Assembly (NCBI GenBank): GCA_030141605.1
Contig: JAQGDQ010000334.1
Coordinates: forward strand, 1-64,000
DNA: 64,000 nt
Direction of reading: 5' to 3'
From: Tubiluchus corallicola
Taxonomy: Eukaryota; Animalia; Priapulida
Below the pieces are notes generated by a model, which saw only the letters and a list, made by a program, of their open reading frames with translations, had not been told where the DNA came from and did no database searches. How positions within the stretch are numbered: position 1 is the first letter of the stretch; each line of letters starts with the position of its first letter. Shown one piece after another: positions 23,471-33,597 of this stretch. The translations under genes and the position numbers were made by a program.

Positions 23471-26400
23471 ATGAAAAAAAACAGATTTTCTAACTTCTCC
23501 GATCCGGATTGTTTCAGCAGGCTGTACCGCACCCTGTGCCTGGCATTAATCATGCTGTTTGCAGTAGCATATCCAACAGCCGCAGGCAGCAATGCACGGG
23601 CACTTGTGTCGGACCTATCTTTCAAACACAACACCCCTCTATGTGCTGAGCAACATTCTGAAGAGGGCAACAAACCTGTTTTCGCCAAAGAGAAGAGGAG
23701 CAAGGCTCTTACACTCAGCACCTGTGAACGGCAAATAGCGCTAAAAACTCCCCCTTCTCTTTTATCTGGTTGGCAACCACTGAAAACTACAGGAGCTGTA
23801 CGCGGGTGGGACAATGAACCTCTCTCTGGTGTATCCATTGTGGTAAAAGGAACCACAATAGGCACTATTTCTGATGCTAACGGAAACTTTAGCATCACAG
23901 TCCCCAGCAATGATGAAGTTCTTATATTTTCATTTCTCGGAATGAAAGCACAGGAGATACCTGTTGATAGTAGGACAGTGCTTAATGTGGTAATGGAAAG
24001 AGAAGTGATTGGCCTGGATGAGATTGTAACCGTGGGATTTGGCACCATAAAAAAAGCATCGTTGACAGGTTCAGTTTCATCAGTTCAGTCGGAAGACCTG
24101 TCATCAATTACCACTACGGATTTAAGAACCTCCATGGTGGGTAAACTACCCGGGCTACGGGTTATGCAGAGAAGTGGTGAGCCTGGAAGCTATGACAGCT
24201 ATATGGACATTCGAGGGTGGGGGACACCTCTGGTAATTGTTGATGGAGTACCGAGGGACGACTTTCATAAAATAGACCCCAATACAGTAGCATCTATATC
24301 TGTACTAAAAGATGCATCGGCGGCAGTGTATGGGGTAAAAGCAGCCAATGGCGTTATCCTTGTCGAAACTAAAGAGGGGCATGAGGGGAAAACTGAAATA
24401 TCTTTTACATCCAGCTACAGCATACAGAAGATGACAGAGTTTCCTAGGCCTATAGGTAACTCTATAGATAACCTTATACTAAAAAATGAAGCGGCTTTAG
24501 CTGCGGGGAATCCAATCCCATACCCCGATTACCTGGAGTATGATGGATCCAATCCATTAAAACCCAGCATCGACTACTGGGACCTCACAATAAAAAAGTG
24601 GGCGCCGCAAACACAAAACGTTATAAATGTTACCGGCGGAACAGAAAAAGTTAAATACTTTATATCATTTGGACACATGTACGATATGGGGCTGTTTAAA
24701 ACAGATAATCTTTACTATAACCGGTATAATATTAAGTCAAACATCACCGCCATGGTTTCGGATAATCTGTCTGTACAAATGATCTTCTCCGGGCTATATG
24801 ACAAGAAACGCAGCCCATATGGGAGTACCTCTTATGACTTCTTTAAGCAGGTATGGATGCAACCAACTTATGAGCCGGTATACTACTGGGATCCCGACAT
24901 GGGAGCATTCGATGAAACTAAATACTTTGACGGGGAGGCTGATCGTAATCCCTTGGCAGTGATTGACCCTGATGTTGCAGGATATAAGGATGTAGCAAAC
25001 AAGCAGGCAGAGATAACAGCCTCCCTGACATACAATCTTCCCTATCTGGAGGGGCTTTCACTAAAAGGGCTTTTTGCTTATGATGTGCGGATAAAAACAG
25101 AGAAGCATTGGAGAAAAGGGTATAAAGAGTACAAGTCTGATGGCAGCTATGTCAAGCCGCAGGGGAGTACCCGCCTAACACATATCTTTGATGAATGGGT
25201 TACCCCACACATACAGCTTTCAGCTAAATATCAAAGCACTTTTGGGTTGCATAACCTCACCGGGCTTCTGCTATTTGAACAGAGGAAGGGGTGGGGAAAC
25301 TGGTTTCAAGCTAGCAGGTACTTTGCTCTGGACTTACTGGACCAACTGGAGTCTGGAAACACAACAGACCAGGAAGCACGGGGCAGAGAAAAGGTTCCTG
25401 GAGCAGGGATGGATCCTGCCAACAGGGCACTGGTAGGACGGGTAAACTACGACTTCAACACCAAGTACCTGATGGAGCTCAGTTTTCGTTACGATGGGTC
25501 TTCCAACTTTGCAGAAGGTAGTCGCTGGGGGTTCTTTCCGGCAGTATCATTGGGTTGGAGGCTTAGTGAGGAACCATTAATAAAAAATGCTATACCCTAT
25601 CTTGACAATTTGAAACTGAGAACCTCCTATGGAGTACTGGGAGATCATAGTGCTGCCGGAGGGTTTCAATATATTGAAGGGTATGACTACCCATCAGGAG
25701 GCTATCTCTTTTCCGGAGACGAGTGGACAACCGGCTCGGAGTACCGCGGGCTTATTAACCCGGATATAACATGGTATACTGCAACTACCGCCAATATAGG
25801 TGTGGATATATTGTTATGGAGAGGACTCCTGGGTGCTCAGTTTGACCTCTTCCAGCGAAAAAGGGAGGGATTGCTCGCAAATAGGGCTGTTCAGATACCC
25901 GAAACATTTGGCACATCTTTGCCAATGGAAAACCTGGAGAGCGACCTTAGCAGAGGATTTGAAGTTGAGCTAACTCATTTCAATACAGTTGGTGATGTAA
26001 GGTACCATGCCAAAGGAGTCCTGTCATTTACACGTGCCAAATGGCTGCACAGGGAGGCAACTCCTGCAGGAAACTCTTATGCAAACTGGGTGTACCGGGA
26101 AAATGGTCGGTGGAAAAATATTCGGTGGGGATATGGATATGCAGGGCAGTTTCAGACTGAAGAAGAGCTGAGAAACTATCAAATAGTCCAGCTCAATAAT
26201 GGACACGATATGATGTATCCGGGTGATATAATATATGTAGATTGGAACGAGGATGGAATGATTGATGAGAAAGATATGCACCCAATTGGAAGAGGCAGTG
26301 ACCCGGAGCTATTTTTTAGTTTTACCTTGGGGGTGGAGTGGAAAGGAGTAGCAGTAAATGCATTTTTCCAGGGAGCATCAAGGTATGACATTAAAAATGC

Positions 26401-26818
26401 TGAACAGCTGCAGGGGCCTCTCCCGTGGGGACGAAACTCATCAGAGATGTTTTTGGATCGCTGGCATCACGAAGATCCGCTGGACTTTAGCACTCCATGG
26501 GTGCCGGGTAAATACCCCATCTCCAGAGATGGCTTCGGATACGAACCAAATAAAAAGACATCTCCGTATTGGGTGCATGACGTAACATTCCTTCGGCTTA
26601 AAAATCTGGAGATTAGCTACACCCTGCCATCTGGGTGGACAGACACAGTAAATCTCAAACATGTGAAAGTATTTACGAACGGGCTTAACCTTTATACATG
26701 GAGCAATATTAAAGAGCTGAATGATCCTGAGAAACCATTGGATGGAGGTGGATCAGACAATGGATACAAGTATCCGCTAATGGCTAACTACAGCTTTGGT
26801 ATTAATATAATATTTTAG
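23471..26818 (+). CDS. SusC/RagA TonB-dependent receptor
   Basis: CarboxypepD-like domain, VLKDASAAVYG plug, RYDGSSNF, C-terminal F. Confidence 0.95.
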   Translation: MKKNRFSNFSDPDCFSRLYRTLCLALIMLFAVAYPTAAGSNARALVSDLSFKHNTPLCAEQHSEEGNKPVFAKEKRSKALTLSTCERQIALKTPPSLLSGWQPLKTTGAVRGWDNEPLSGVSIVVKGTTIGTISDANGNFSITVPSNDEVLIFSFLGMKAQEIPVDSRTVLNVVMEREVIGLDEIVTVGFGTIKKASLTGSVSSVQSEDLSSITTTDLRTSMVGKLPGLRVMQRSGEPGSYDSYMDIRGWGTPLVIVDGVPRDDFHKIDPNTVASISVLKDASAAVYGVKAANGVILVETKEGHEGKTEISFTSSYSIQKMTEFPRPIGNSIDNLILKNEAALAAGNPIPYPDYLEYDGSNPLKPSIDYWDLTIKKWAPQTQNVINVTGGTEKVKYFISFGHMYDMGLFKTDNLYYNRYNIKSNITAMVSDNLSVQMIFSGLYDKKRSPYGSTSYDFFKQVWMQPTYEPVYYWDPDMGAFDETKYFDGEADRNPLAVIDPDVAGYKDVANKQAEITASLTYNLPYLEGLSLKGLFAYDVRIKTEKHWRKGYKEYKSDGSYVKPQGSTRLTHIFDEWVTPHIQLSAKYQSTFGLHNLTGLLLFEQRKGWGNWFQASRYFALDLLDQLESGNTTDQEARGREKVPGAGMDPANRALVGRVNYDFNTKYLMELSFRYDGSSNFAEGSRWGFFPAVSLGWRLSEEPLIKNAIPYLDNLKLRTSYGVLGDHSAAGGFQYIEGYDYPSGGYLFSGDEWTTGSEYRGLINPDITWYTATTANIGVDILLWRGLLGAQFDLFQRKREGLLANRAVQIPETFGTSLPMENLESDLSRGFEVELTHFNTVGDVRYHAKGVLSFTRAKWLHREATPAGNSYANWVYRENGRWKNIRWGYGYAGQFQTEEELRNYQIVQLNNGHDMMYPGDIIYVDWNEDGMIDEKDMHPIGRGSDPELFFSFTLGVEWKGVAVNAFFQGASRYDIKNAEQLQGPLPWGRNSSEMFLDRWHHEDPLDFSTPWVPGKYPISRDGFGYEPNKKTSPYWVHDVTFLRLKNLEISYTLPSGWTDTVNLKHVKVFTNGLNLYTWSNIKELNDPEKPLDGGGSDNGYKYPLMANYSFGINIIF

Positions 26819-26833
26819 AAATCGGTGTCAAAC

Positions 26834-28594
26834 ATGAAAAAAATAATAGCACATACTGTAATACTTGGAATAGTACTTCTCCTGACGATATCCTGTAGAG
26901 ATTTTTTCTCAATTGACCCTGTAGATCGTATAACTGAAGAGGATGTGTTTAGCAGTAAAGAGGCGATAGAGTCACATTTGGCCAGGCTTTACTGGAGATG
27001 CCCTATGGAGGATTTTAATTGGCCGGCGGCTCATGCAGGGTTTAGTCTTCACACAGATGAGATGGTCACCTGTACACAGGATCAGAATGGATATGATCCC
27101 GGCTACTACCATTGGTGGGGAGATGGGTATAAAGCTATTCGCTACTTAAACAACTTTATAGAAAAATTCCCGGAGTCTACTGCCTACTCTGATGAAGCTG
27201 AAAAAGATGACATACTTGGGCAGGTCTATTGGCTCAGGGCATACACCTACATGGCATTAGCAAGAAGATATGGAGGAGTTCCTATTATAACCAATGTGCA
27301 GGAGCTTACAGATGATCCCACAGACCTGTATATTGCCCGTTCTACAGAGGAAGAGGTGTTCGATCAGATCATTGATGATCTGGATAAAGCTGTTGCAAAA
27401 CTTGCAGACAACACATCTCTCTATAAGGTAAATAAATGGACAGCACTGGCCTTTAAATCCAGAGTTATGCTTTATGCTGCATCACTAGCCAGATACAGTG
27501 TTAATCTGTATGAGGGGGGCATGTTTATGGATGGATTGCTGGGTATCCCGGCAGCAAAAGCGGAAGGGTACTACAATGATGCTAAAAATAGTGCGCTCCT
27601 GGTTATAAATAGTGGTAAATATGAGCTTTATGATTATGAAGGGGATGAATACGAAGACAAAGTCGTAAACTATGAAAAGCTGTTCTTTGATGAAAGCAAT
27701 AAAAATAAAGAACGTATTTTGGTGAGGTCATATAACTTCCCTGACAGGGTGCATAAGTTTGATGAAATAGCAACACCTTTTAGTTTCCGTGCAGGCTCGG
27801 GCTATAGTAGCCGGAGGTGTCCGCCCCTCGCTATGGTGGAAAAGTTTGAATATGTAGACGACAGGGACGGGTCGATACGTTACGAAGGGAAACAGTTAAG
27901 CGAAGATGAGGCTGACCCGATAACAGTTGCAGACCCTAACAGGCTATTTGAGAACAAAGATCCCCGCTTTATGCATAATGTACTATATCCCGAGAGGGAG
28001 TGGCGTAGTAGCAAAATTGAGATATATGTGGAAATAATTGAAAATGGGAACAAAATTCCGGCGTTGGGGAAAGATGGGATAGGGCAGCCGGAAGCAACCT
28101 CAACAGGGTTCTACTTTGCCAAATGGCTGCAACGCAAACCCGAAAGGCCTTTTAATGAAGGATCAGACGTTGATTGGCAAGTTATTCGATATGCAGAAAT
28201 ATTGCTTAACTACGCTGAGGCCTGCTTTGAGTTGGGGGAGACAGATGAAGCATTAAGAAATGTAAATAAGATCCGTAGACGCGGCGGCATACAGGAGCTT
28301 ACAACAATAAGTAAAGAGGATATACGCAAGGAGCGCGCTATAGAGCTATACGGGGAGGGTAACCGCTACTGGGATCTTAAACGCTGGAGAACATTTCACG
28401 AAGAGCTTAACAATACCGAAACTTTTGCAATATGGCCTACATACAATAAAGATGCAGGAGAGTACAGTTTTATAAAGCGTAAATTGCCCTCCGACAAGTT
28501 TAAAAAAACGTTTGAGCCCAAACACTATTACATGGAAATACCAAAATGGGAGATCGAGAAAAATCCTCTGCTGGAACAAAACTATGGGCACTGA
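26834..28594 (+). CDS. SusD/RagB lipoprotein
   Basis: Lipobox TISC; RYAEILLNYAEA, ERAIELYGEGNRYWDLKRW, LEQNYG. Confidence 0.95.
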   Translation: MKKIIAHTVILGIVLLLTISCRDFFSIDPVDRITEEDVFSSKEAIESHLARLYWRCPMEDFNWPAAHAGFSLHTDEMVTCTQDQNGYDPGYYHWWGDGYKAIRYLNNFIEKFPESTAYSDEAEKDDILGQVYWLRAYTYMALARRYGGVPIITNVQELTDDPTDLYIARSTEEEVFDQIIDDLDKAVAKLADNTSLYKVNKWTALAFKSRVMLYAASLARYSVNLYEGGMFMDGLLGIPAAKAEGYYNDAKNSALLVINSGKYELYDYEGDEYEDKVVNYEKLFFDESNKNKERILVRSYNFPDRVHKFDEIATPFSFRAGSGYSSRRCPPLAMVEKFEYVDDRDGSIRYEGKQLSEDEADPITVADPNRLFENKDPRFMHNVLYPEREWRSSKIEIYVEIIENGNKIPALGKDGIGQPEATSTGFYFAKWLQRKPERPFNEGSDVDWQVIRYAEILLNYAEACFELGETDEALRNVNKIRRRGGIQELTTISKEDIRKERAIELYGEGNRYWDLKRWRTFHEELNNTETFAIWPTYNKDAGEYSFIKRKLPSDKFKKTFEPKHYYMEIPKWEIEKNPLLEQNYGH

Positions 28595-28627
28595 TAGTAC
28601 AACAGATATAACTTAAAATAGAAAAGT

Positions 28628-29317
28628 ATGAAAAAGATAAAATATTCGCTGATACTGCTCCTTTTTGCTGTAACCCTCTCTTGCAGTATAGATAACTATC
28701 CTGAGCCGGCTGCCATATTTACAGGTGAAATTGTTGATATTAAAACAGGTAACACTATTCAGACAAGGCAGCCCGACGGCATACAAATACGCCTGATACA
28801 GGAGGGGTATGAAAACCCCGTACCCTACGACTTCTGGGCTAAAAGTGATGGTACTTTTAGAAATACTCGGCTGTTTGAAGGGACCTATGAAGTTACCGTG
28901 CAGGCCGGCCCGTTTCACGGCTCTGTTACGAAAAAGGTAACGCTTAGAGATAGAGATGAAGTAAATGAGACGTTTGAGGTAGATCCATACGTAAGAATTA
29001 CGGATATTACTATTACTACTTCCGAAAACAGCATAACCGGCTCATATAAGCTCTCTGTTGGAGATGGGACTAGCGAGGTTAAACACTCGAGGCTGATATC
29101 CCATGTCTCTCCCATACTTCATAAAAATACTGATAACCTGAAAAGCTCTGCCGAAAATGATCTCTCTGGTAAGGATGCCGCTGAGATTGAGGCTATGCTA
29201 TTTACAGACCAGATAACAGGATTGTCTGCTGGAACACATTATGTAAGGATTGCGGTGGAGGCCAACAATACTCTGGGCAGAAACAACTACTCTGAAATAG
29301 TGAGGATTGACCTGTAA
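28628..29317 (+). CDS. DUF3823-like lipoprotein
   Basis: SCSIDNY lipobox, DGTFRNTRLF..Y...GPF; follows susD. Confidence 0.75.
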   Translation: MKKIKYSLILLLFAVTLSCSIDNYPEPAAIFTGEIVDIKTGNTIQTRQPDGIQIRLIQEGYENPVPYDFWAKSDGTFRNTRLFEGTYEVTVQAGPFHGSVTKKVTLRDRDEVNETFEVDPYVRITDITITTSENSITGSYKLSVGDGTSEVKHSRLISHVSPILHKNTDNLKSSAENDLSGKDAAEIEAMLFTDQITGLSAGTHYVRIAVEANNTLGRNNYSEIVRIDL

Positions 29318-29340
29318 GCAGGAGCAATGTTTACAGACAG

Positions 29341-29398
29341 AGGCTTTGTACTATAGGCTTTTGACGAAAATAGCAATAAAAGTGTGATCAAGGCTCTC
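29341..29398 (+). repeat. Internally deleted repeat remnant
   Basis: aggctttgta...ttttgacgaaaatagcaataaaag...caaggctctc. Confidence 0.4.
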
Positions 29399-29417
29399 TA
29401 TACATGTTTCAGACAGG

Positions 29418-29930
29418 CTAAAACATGTATTGTAAGGTAGCTCCAATTCTAATGTACGAGCCGTTGGTTAGACTAAGTCTCGCTTCGGGAGCAAGATTTA
29501 AGTTGTCTGCTAATCTGTAATTTGCCCCTATCCCAATATTTAAAGCAACATTAGAGCCTGTAGTCGATATGCCTGGGTGCGTAATTCCAGAGATAACTGT
29601 ATCGGATGCTTGTAGCTTCCAGAAGGTAAAAGAGAGCCCCGCCAATCCATAAAAGTTAAGTTCTTCATCACTCTCGTGGAAAATATAATGCCCGTCTATA
29701 TCGAACACATTCCACCTTAGTCCGTTATTTTTAAAAATGTGTGTAAAGGCCAATGCACCTTCACAGTTTTCAGCTACTTCGTATGTGCCGTTTAAGCTAA
29801 GGCCAATATTGTTCACCTCTGTTGCGAAGTAAAAACCACCTCCCACACGAAGTTTTGAAGGGTCAAACGATTGAGAAAACAGGCTGGCACTTACAAACAT
29901 TGTAAAGCTGAGAAAAAGTAACTTCTTCAT
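29418..29930 (-). CDS. Small outer-membrane beta-barrel protein
   Basis: Signal peptide, amphipathic strands, C-terminal YMF. Confidence 0.8.
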   Translation of the reverse strand: MKKLLFLSFTMFVSASLFSQSFDPSKLRVGGGFYFATEVNNIGLSLNGTYEVAENCEGALAFTHIFKNNGLRWNVFDIDGHYIFHESDEELNFYGLAGLSFTFWKLQASDTVISGITHPGISTTGSNVALNIGIGANYRLADNLNLAPEARLSLTNGSYIRIGATLQYMF

Positions 29931-30087
29931 TTTATCCGTTCTTTAATAGTAAGTTTATTAGTGTAATATTTTACTGCTTGTTGCTTTCATTTGATCGCCA
30001 AATTGCTCGCAAAGGTGGGGCTTTTCACTAGAAAATACAATATAGTGTCTGTAAAAATGTGGCTATCTCACAACATCTGTTTAAGAA

Positions 30088-30218
30088 GAGATCTTTATGG
30101 TGCGAAAGAGTTTGGAATATGTTGAAAAATAATTTGGTGATAAGCTTCAGCTTACCGATATGAACAAGGACCTTGAAGAAGATATTAATTAAAAAGATGG
30201 GCTTTGTTAGAGGTTTCA
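30088..30218 (+). repeat. Dispersed repeat (MITE-like) copy
   Basis: gcgaaagagtttgg...aatttggtgataagc...gatattaattaaaaagatgggctttgttagaggtttca. Confidence 0.75.
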
Positions 30219-30363
30219 ACATAAGAAAAAAGCAGGGTTTATGCTATCTTTCACCACTATTCTATCCTGTTTTTCTATAGAAATAATCATAGCCAGTAAG
30301 AACTTTGGCACAAATATTGGGGAGTGTACTTTTAGTAAGGATTGGATTATATATAAAATACAA

Positions 30364-30501
30364 CAAGGCCTTTGCAAAGCGAAAGAGTTTGGTGTTGAGT
30401 AAAAATTTGGTGATAGCCAGTAGGTTGTTAGTGCAAGTGAGGATGTTGAAGAGGATTTTTACGAAAACAATAATAGTGAGGTGAGTTTTGCAAGGTACTC
30501 A
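30364..30501 (+). repeat. Dispersed repeat (MITE-like) copy
   Basis: ggcctttgcaaagcgaaagagtttgg...tgaagaggatttttacgaaaac...gagttttgcaaggtactca. Confidence 0.9.
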
Positions 30502-30514
30502 AAACCTATTTATT

Positions 30515-31030
30515 ATGAAGACCATTATGTTTATTTTAATTGGTGCTGTAGCCCTAAATGCAGCACATGCTCAGACAGAGAGTAGAAAGAGTACCAGGAA
30601 GCAGCGCAAAGAGGAGAAAGCACGTGAAATTGAGAGTCTGGTAGATAGCATGACTTTTGTCTTTAGTGCGCGTCAGGCATTGCCACAGGGTGGCAGAACA
30701 GTTGATCTTACTACTAATCCAAATTTTGTCCGATTTTACTCCGACTCAATACATTCGGAAATGCCCTATTTTGGAAGGGCGTACAGCATTGATTACGGAG
30801 GGGATGGAGGGCTAAAGTTTAAAGGAAAAACAGACTATACAGTTGAAAAAAGGAAAAAAGGGCGAGGGTACATAATAACAGGTAGTGTAAAGACGGTCAG
30901 AGATACCTTTAACCTTACTCTTACATTGAGCTACAGCGGCAGTGCTTCATTGTCAATCAGTAGTAATCAGCGAAGTACAATTTCCTATACTGGCGAAATT
31001 GTAGCAATTGAAAACGAAGAAGATAAATAA
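30515..31030 (+). CDS. DUF4251 family exported protein
   Basis: Signal peptide; MPYFGRAY..YGGDGG, ISYTG motifs. Confidence 0.75.
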   Translation: MKTIMFILIGAVALNAAHAQTESRKSTRKQRKEEKAREIESLVDSMTFVFSARQALPQGGRTVDLTTNPNFVRFYSDSIHSEMPYFGRAYSIDYGGDGGLKFKGKTDYTVEKRKKGRGYIITGSVKTVRDTFNLTLTLSYSGSASLSISSNQRSTISYTGEIVAIENEEDK

Positions 31031-31078
31031 CAGGTAAATTGTATAGTTACACTTTAAATTTTACATCTTTGCACAAAA

Positions 31079-31221
31079 GGAGTTTTTTGCAACGCGAAAG
31101 AGTTTGGTTCATGCTGGGAAGTAATCTGGTGAAGAGCCGTAGTTTGCTGATGTAAATGATTTTTTGAAGAGAATTTTTCACGAAAATATTAATAAAAAGA
31201 TGAGCTTTTGCAAAGCTCTCA
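31079..31221 (+). repeat. Dispersed repeat (MITE-like) copy
   Basis: tttgcaacgcgaaagagtttggttc...gagccgtagtttgctgatgtaaatga...cgaaaatattaataaaaagatgagcttttgcaaagctctca. Confidence 0.9.
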
Positions 31222-31233
31222 AAAGTTTGGTAG

Positions 31234-31899
31234 ATGAAGAAGGCTGTTATACTTCTGTCTGGAGGACTTGATTCATCTGTAGCTCTCTACCTTGCAAAGT
31301 CGCAGATGTTTGAGCTGTACGCCTTGTCGTTTGATTATGGGCAGCGGCATGACAGAGAGCTGCAAAGTGCTATTAGTGTAGCAAAAGCTGCGTGTGTAAA
31401 AGAGCACCATATTGTAAATATGCAACTCAGCTTATGGGGAGGCTCATCCCTGACCGACAAAAAAGTTGCCATAAAAAAGGGAGATACAGAAAGGTCCGAT
31501 ATACCTGCTACTTATGTTCCTGCCCGCAATATGGTGTTTCTTTCAGTAGCGGCATCGTATGCGGAGGCTATTGGTTCAGGAGACTTGTTTATTGGTGTAA
31601 GCCAGGTTGACTACTCGGGATATGTTGACTGCCGGCAGGAGTTTATAGATGCGATGCAGGAGGCTGTAAACAAAGGGACGTCATGTGGTGTAGACGGGAG
31701 CGGAGCTATTACCATCCACGCACCATTTATAAATAAGCGAAAAGCTGATGAAGTTAAACTTGGAGTAAAACTGGGGGTAGATTTCTCCTTGACATGGTCA
31801 TGTTATAGAGGAGGTAAGAGACCATGCAGAACATGCGATAGCTGCCTGTTGAGGAAGAGAGCATTTGACGAGGCAGGCTATACCGACCCCCTGCACTAA
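31234..31899 (+). CDS. queC: 7-cyano-7-deazaguanine synthase
   Basis: SGGLDS, YGQRH, YVPARN, TWSCY..CxxCxxC. Confidence 0.96.
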   Translation: MKKAVILLSGGLDSSVALYLAKSQMFELYALSFDYGQRHDRELQSAISVAKAACVKEHHIVNMQLSLWGGSSLTDKKVAIKKGDTERSDIPATYVPARNMVFLSVAASYAEAIGSGDLFIGVSQVDYSGYVDCRQEFIDAMQEAVNKGTSCGVDGSGAITIHAPFINKRKADEVKLGVKLGVDFSLTWSCYRGGKRPCRTCDSCLLRKRAFDEAGYTDPLH

Positions 31900-31916
31900 A
31901 AATATTTAAGTATATA

Positions 31917-32480
31917 ATGATAATTAGAAAAAAATTTAGCTTTGAAGGGGCGCATATAGTACGGAACTGCTCTTCACGTTGGTGTAGGGAAAACATACAT
32001 GGACACTCATACGATGTAGAGGTCTTTCTTAAATCGGATAAGTTGGACCGTGGCTATATGGTTATGGACTTTATCCTGCTAAGTAATGTTGAAGAGCTGA
32101 TTCGCAGCTTTGATCACTCGTATTCTTTGTGGAGTCGTGAAAAGCAGAGTATAAAAGAAGCAGTATACCAAATAACTACACGGGTTGTGGAGATTCCCAC
32201 CTCCCCTTCGGCGGAGGGCTACGCATTACTATTTCTTTTAGTGGTGGATAAAATTATTAAAAATACCCGTTTTAGTAACGGGGAGGGGAAGGTGCAGCTA
32301 CATTCGGTAAGAGTACACGAAACTCAGACGGGATATGCAGAAGCATTTACAGAGGATTTTGGGATGATAGATTTTACACTTGACGATATACTGTTTAGCG
32401 AAAGCATTCAAAGAGACTGGGAGTCGCCGTGGTGGAAGCATTTACTTGAAAACAGGCCGTACGAAAATAACCTTCTCTGA
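31917..32480 (+). CDS. queD: 6-carboxytetrahydropterin synthase (QueD2-type)
   Basis: AHIVRNC..CRENIHGHSY, PSAE, VHET. Confidence 0.9.
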   Translation: MIIRKKFSFEGAHIVRNCSSRWCRENIHGHSYDVEVFLKSDKLDRGYMVMDFILLSNVEELIRSFDHSYSLWSREKQSIKEAVYQITTRVVEIPTSPSAEGYALLFLLVVDKIIKNTRFSNGEGKVQLHSVRVHETQTGYAEAFTEDFGMIDFTLDDILFSESIQRDWESPWWKHLLENRPYENNLL

Positions 32481-32556
32481 TGGTGTTTTGTAGCCCTGTC
32501 ACCCTGTTTAATTCTGCTTCGCACGTATGGAAAATTGATAAAGCTACCAAAAGAGG

Positions 32557-33423
32557 ATGAACGATAAGCTATATCTTGCTGAAGAAGGAGTATTCCCGAT
32601 TACAAAATCGGCGGAAGGGAAAGTATTAAAAACACCACCTGCAACAGGAATAGCTGTTGCAGGTACAATACAGGGGGAGGGCAAGCTGCTTGGTACACCA
32701 TCCATCTTTATAAGGCTTGCAGGGTGCAATTTGCGGTGTGTATGGATGCAGGATGATGGTAATGTAAGTATCTGTGATACGCCATACGCCTCTTTCGATA
32801 CCGGCGGTGCCAGCTATAAGGGAATATGTGAGATCGTCAATACAGTTTGGCACAATCTGGGAAACATGCGCCATGTGGTGATAACAGGGGGGGAACCTAC
32901 GCTGCAGCTTAAGCCTCTTATCAATTTGTGTGAAAAACTGAAAGATAAACTTGGTGTGCATATTACGATGGAGTCAAACGGGACCCTGTTTGATGAGAAC
33001 CTAGCTGCTCTGATAGACTTTTTTAGCATATCCCCTAAGTTGTCGGATACGGTTGCTATTAGCGAAAAAATGGAGAAATTGTCTGAGAGCAAATTTGCGT
33101 TGTCTGCATCAAGCATCATTTATAAGCCGGTATCTCCTGAAATAGTACAGGCCTACATTGATATATGCAGCAAGTTTCCACAAAAAAAAATTCAACTAAA
33201 ATTTGTTCTGTCCGGAGAGGAGAGCGCCCGGAAGGCTGAAGAGGAGGTGTTATCAAAAATTAAGGGGTGGGAGCCCTCCGATATTTTGGCTATGCCCCTG
33301 GGCGAAAGTATGGATGTGATTGATAAAACAACGCCCAAAGTGCTGGAAGCGGCAATTAAACGGGGGTGGCGCTTTACCCCCAGGCTGCATATAAACTTGT
33401 TTGGCAAGGGGCACGGCGTTTGA
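32557..33423 (+). CDS. queE: 7-carboxy-7-deazaguanine synthase (radical SAM)
   Basis: TIQGEG, FIRLAGCNLRC...CDT, ITGGEP, SISPK, PRLH. Confidence 0.92.
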   Translation: MNDKLYLAEEGVFPITKSAEGKVLKTPPATGIAVAGTIQGEGKLLGTPSIFIRLAGCNLRCVWMQDDGNVSICDTPYASFDTGGASYKGICEIVNTVWHNLGNMRHVVITGGEPTLQLKPLINLCEKLKDKLGVHITMESNGTLFDENLAALIDFFSISPKLSDTVAISEKMEKLSESKFALSASSIIYKPVSPEIVQAYIDICSKFPQKKIQLKFVLSGEESARKAEEEVLSKIKGWEPSDILAMPLGESMDVIDKTTPKVLEAAIKRGWRFTPRLHINLFGKGHGV

Positions 33424-33446
33424 GAAGATCACTATAATTTGCAAGC

Positions 33447-33582
33447 TGAACTCTTTGCAGTGAGAGGATTGGTACAGGGTGAAAAGTAGCATGGTTAAGG
33501 GTCGCAGTTTACTAATGCAAAAACTAGGATTTTGAAAAGGGTTTTCACCAAAATGCAAAGAAATGAGTTTTGCAAGCGCTTC
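33447..33582 (+). repeat. Dispersed repeat (MITE-like) copy
   Basis: ctctttgcagtgagag...gcagtttactaatgcaaa...ttttgaaaagggttttcacc...atgagttttgcaagc. Confidence 0.8.
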
Positions 33583-33597
33583 GAGTTGTAAAAAAAC

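Noticed and set aside
31031-31233. preQ1 riboswitch upstream of queC
   Set aside because: The region is filled by the dispersed repeat and no preQ1 aptamer pattern is visible.
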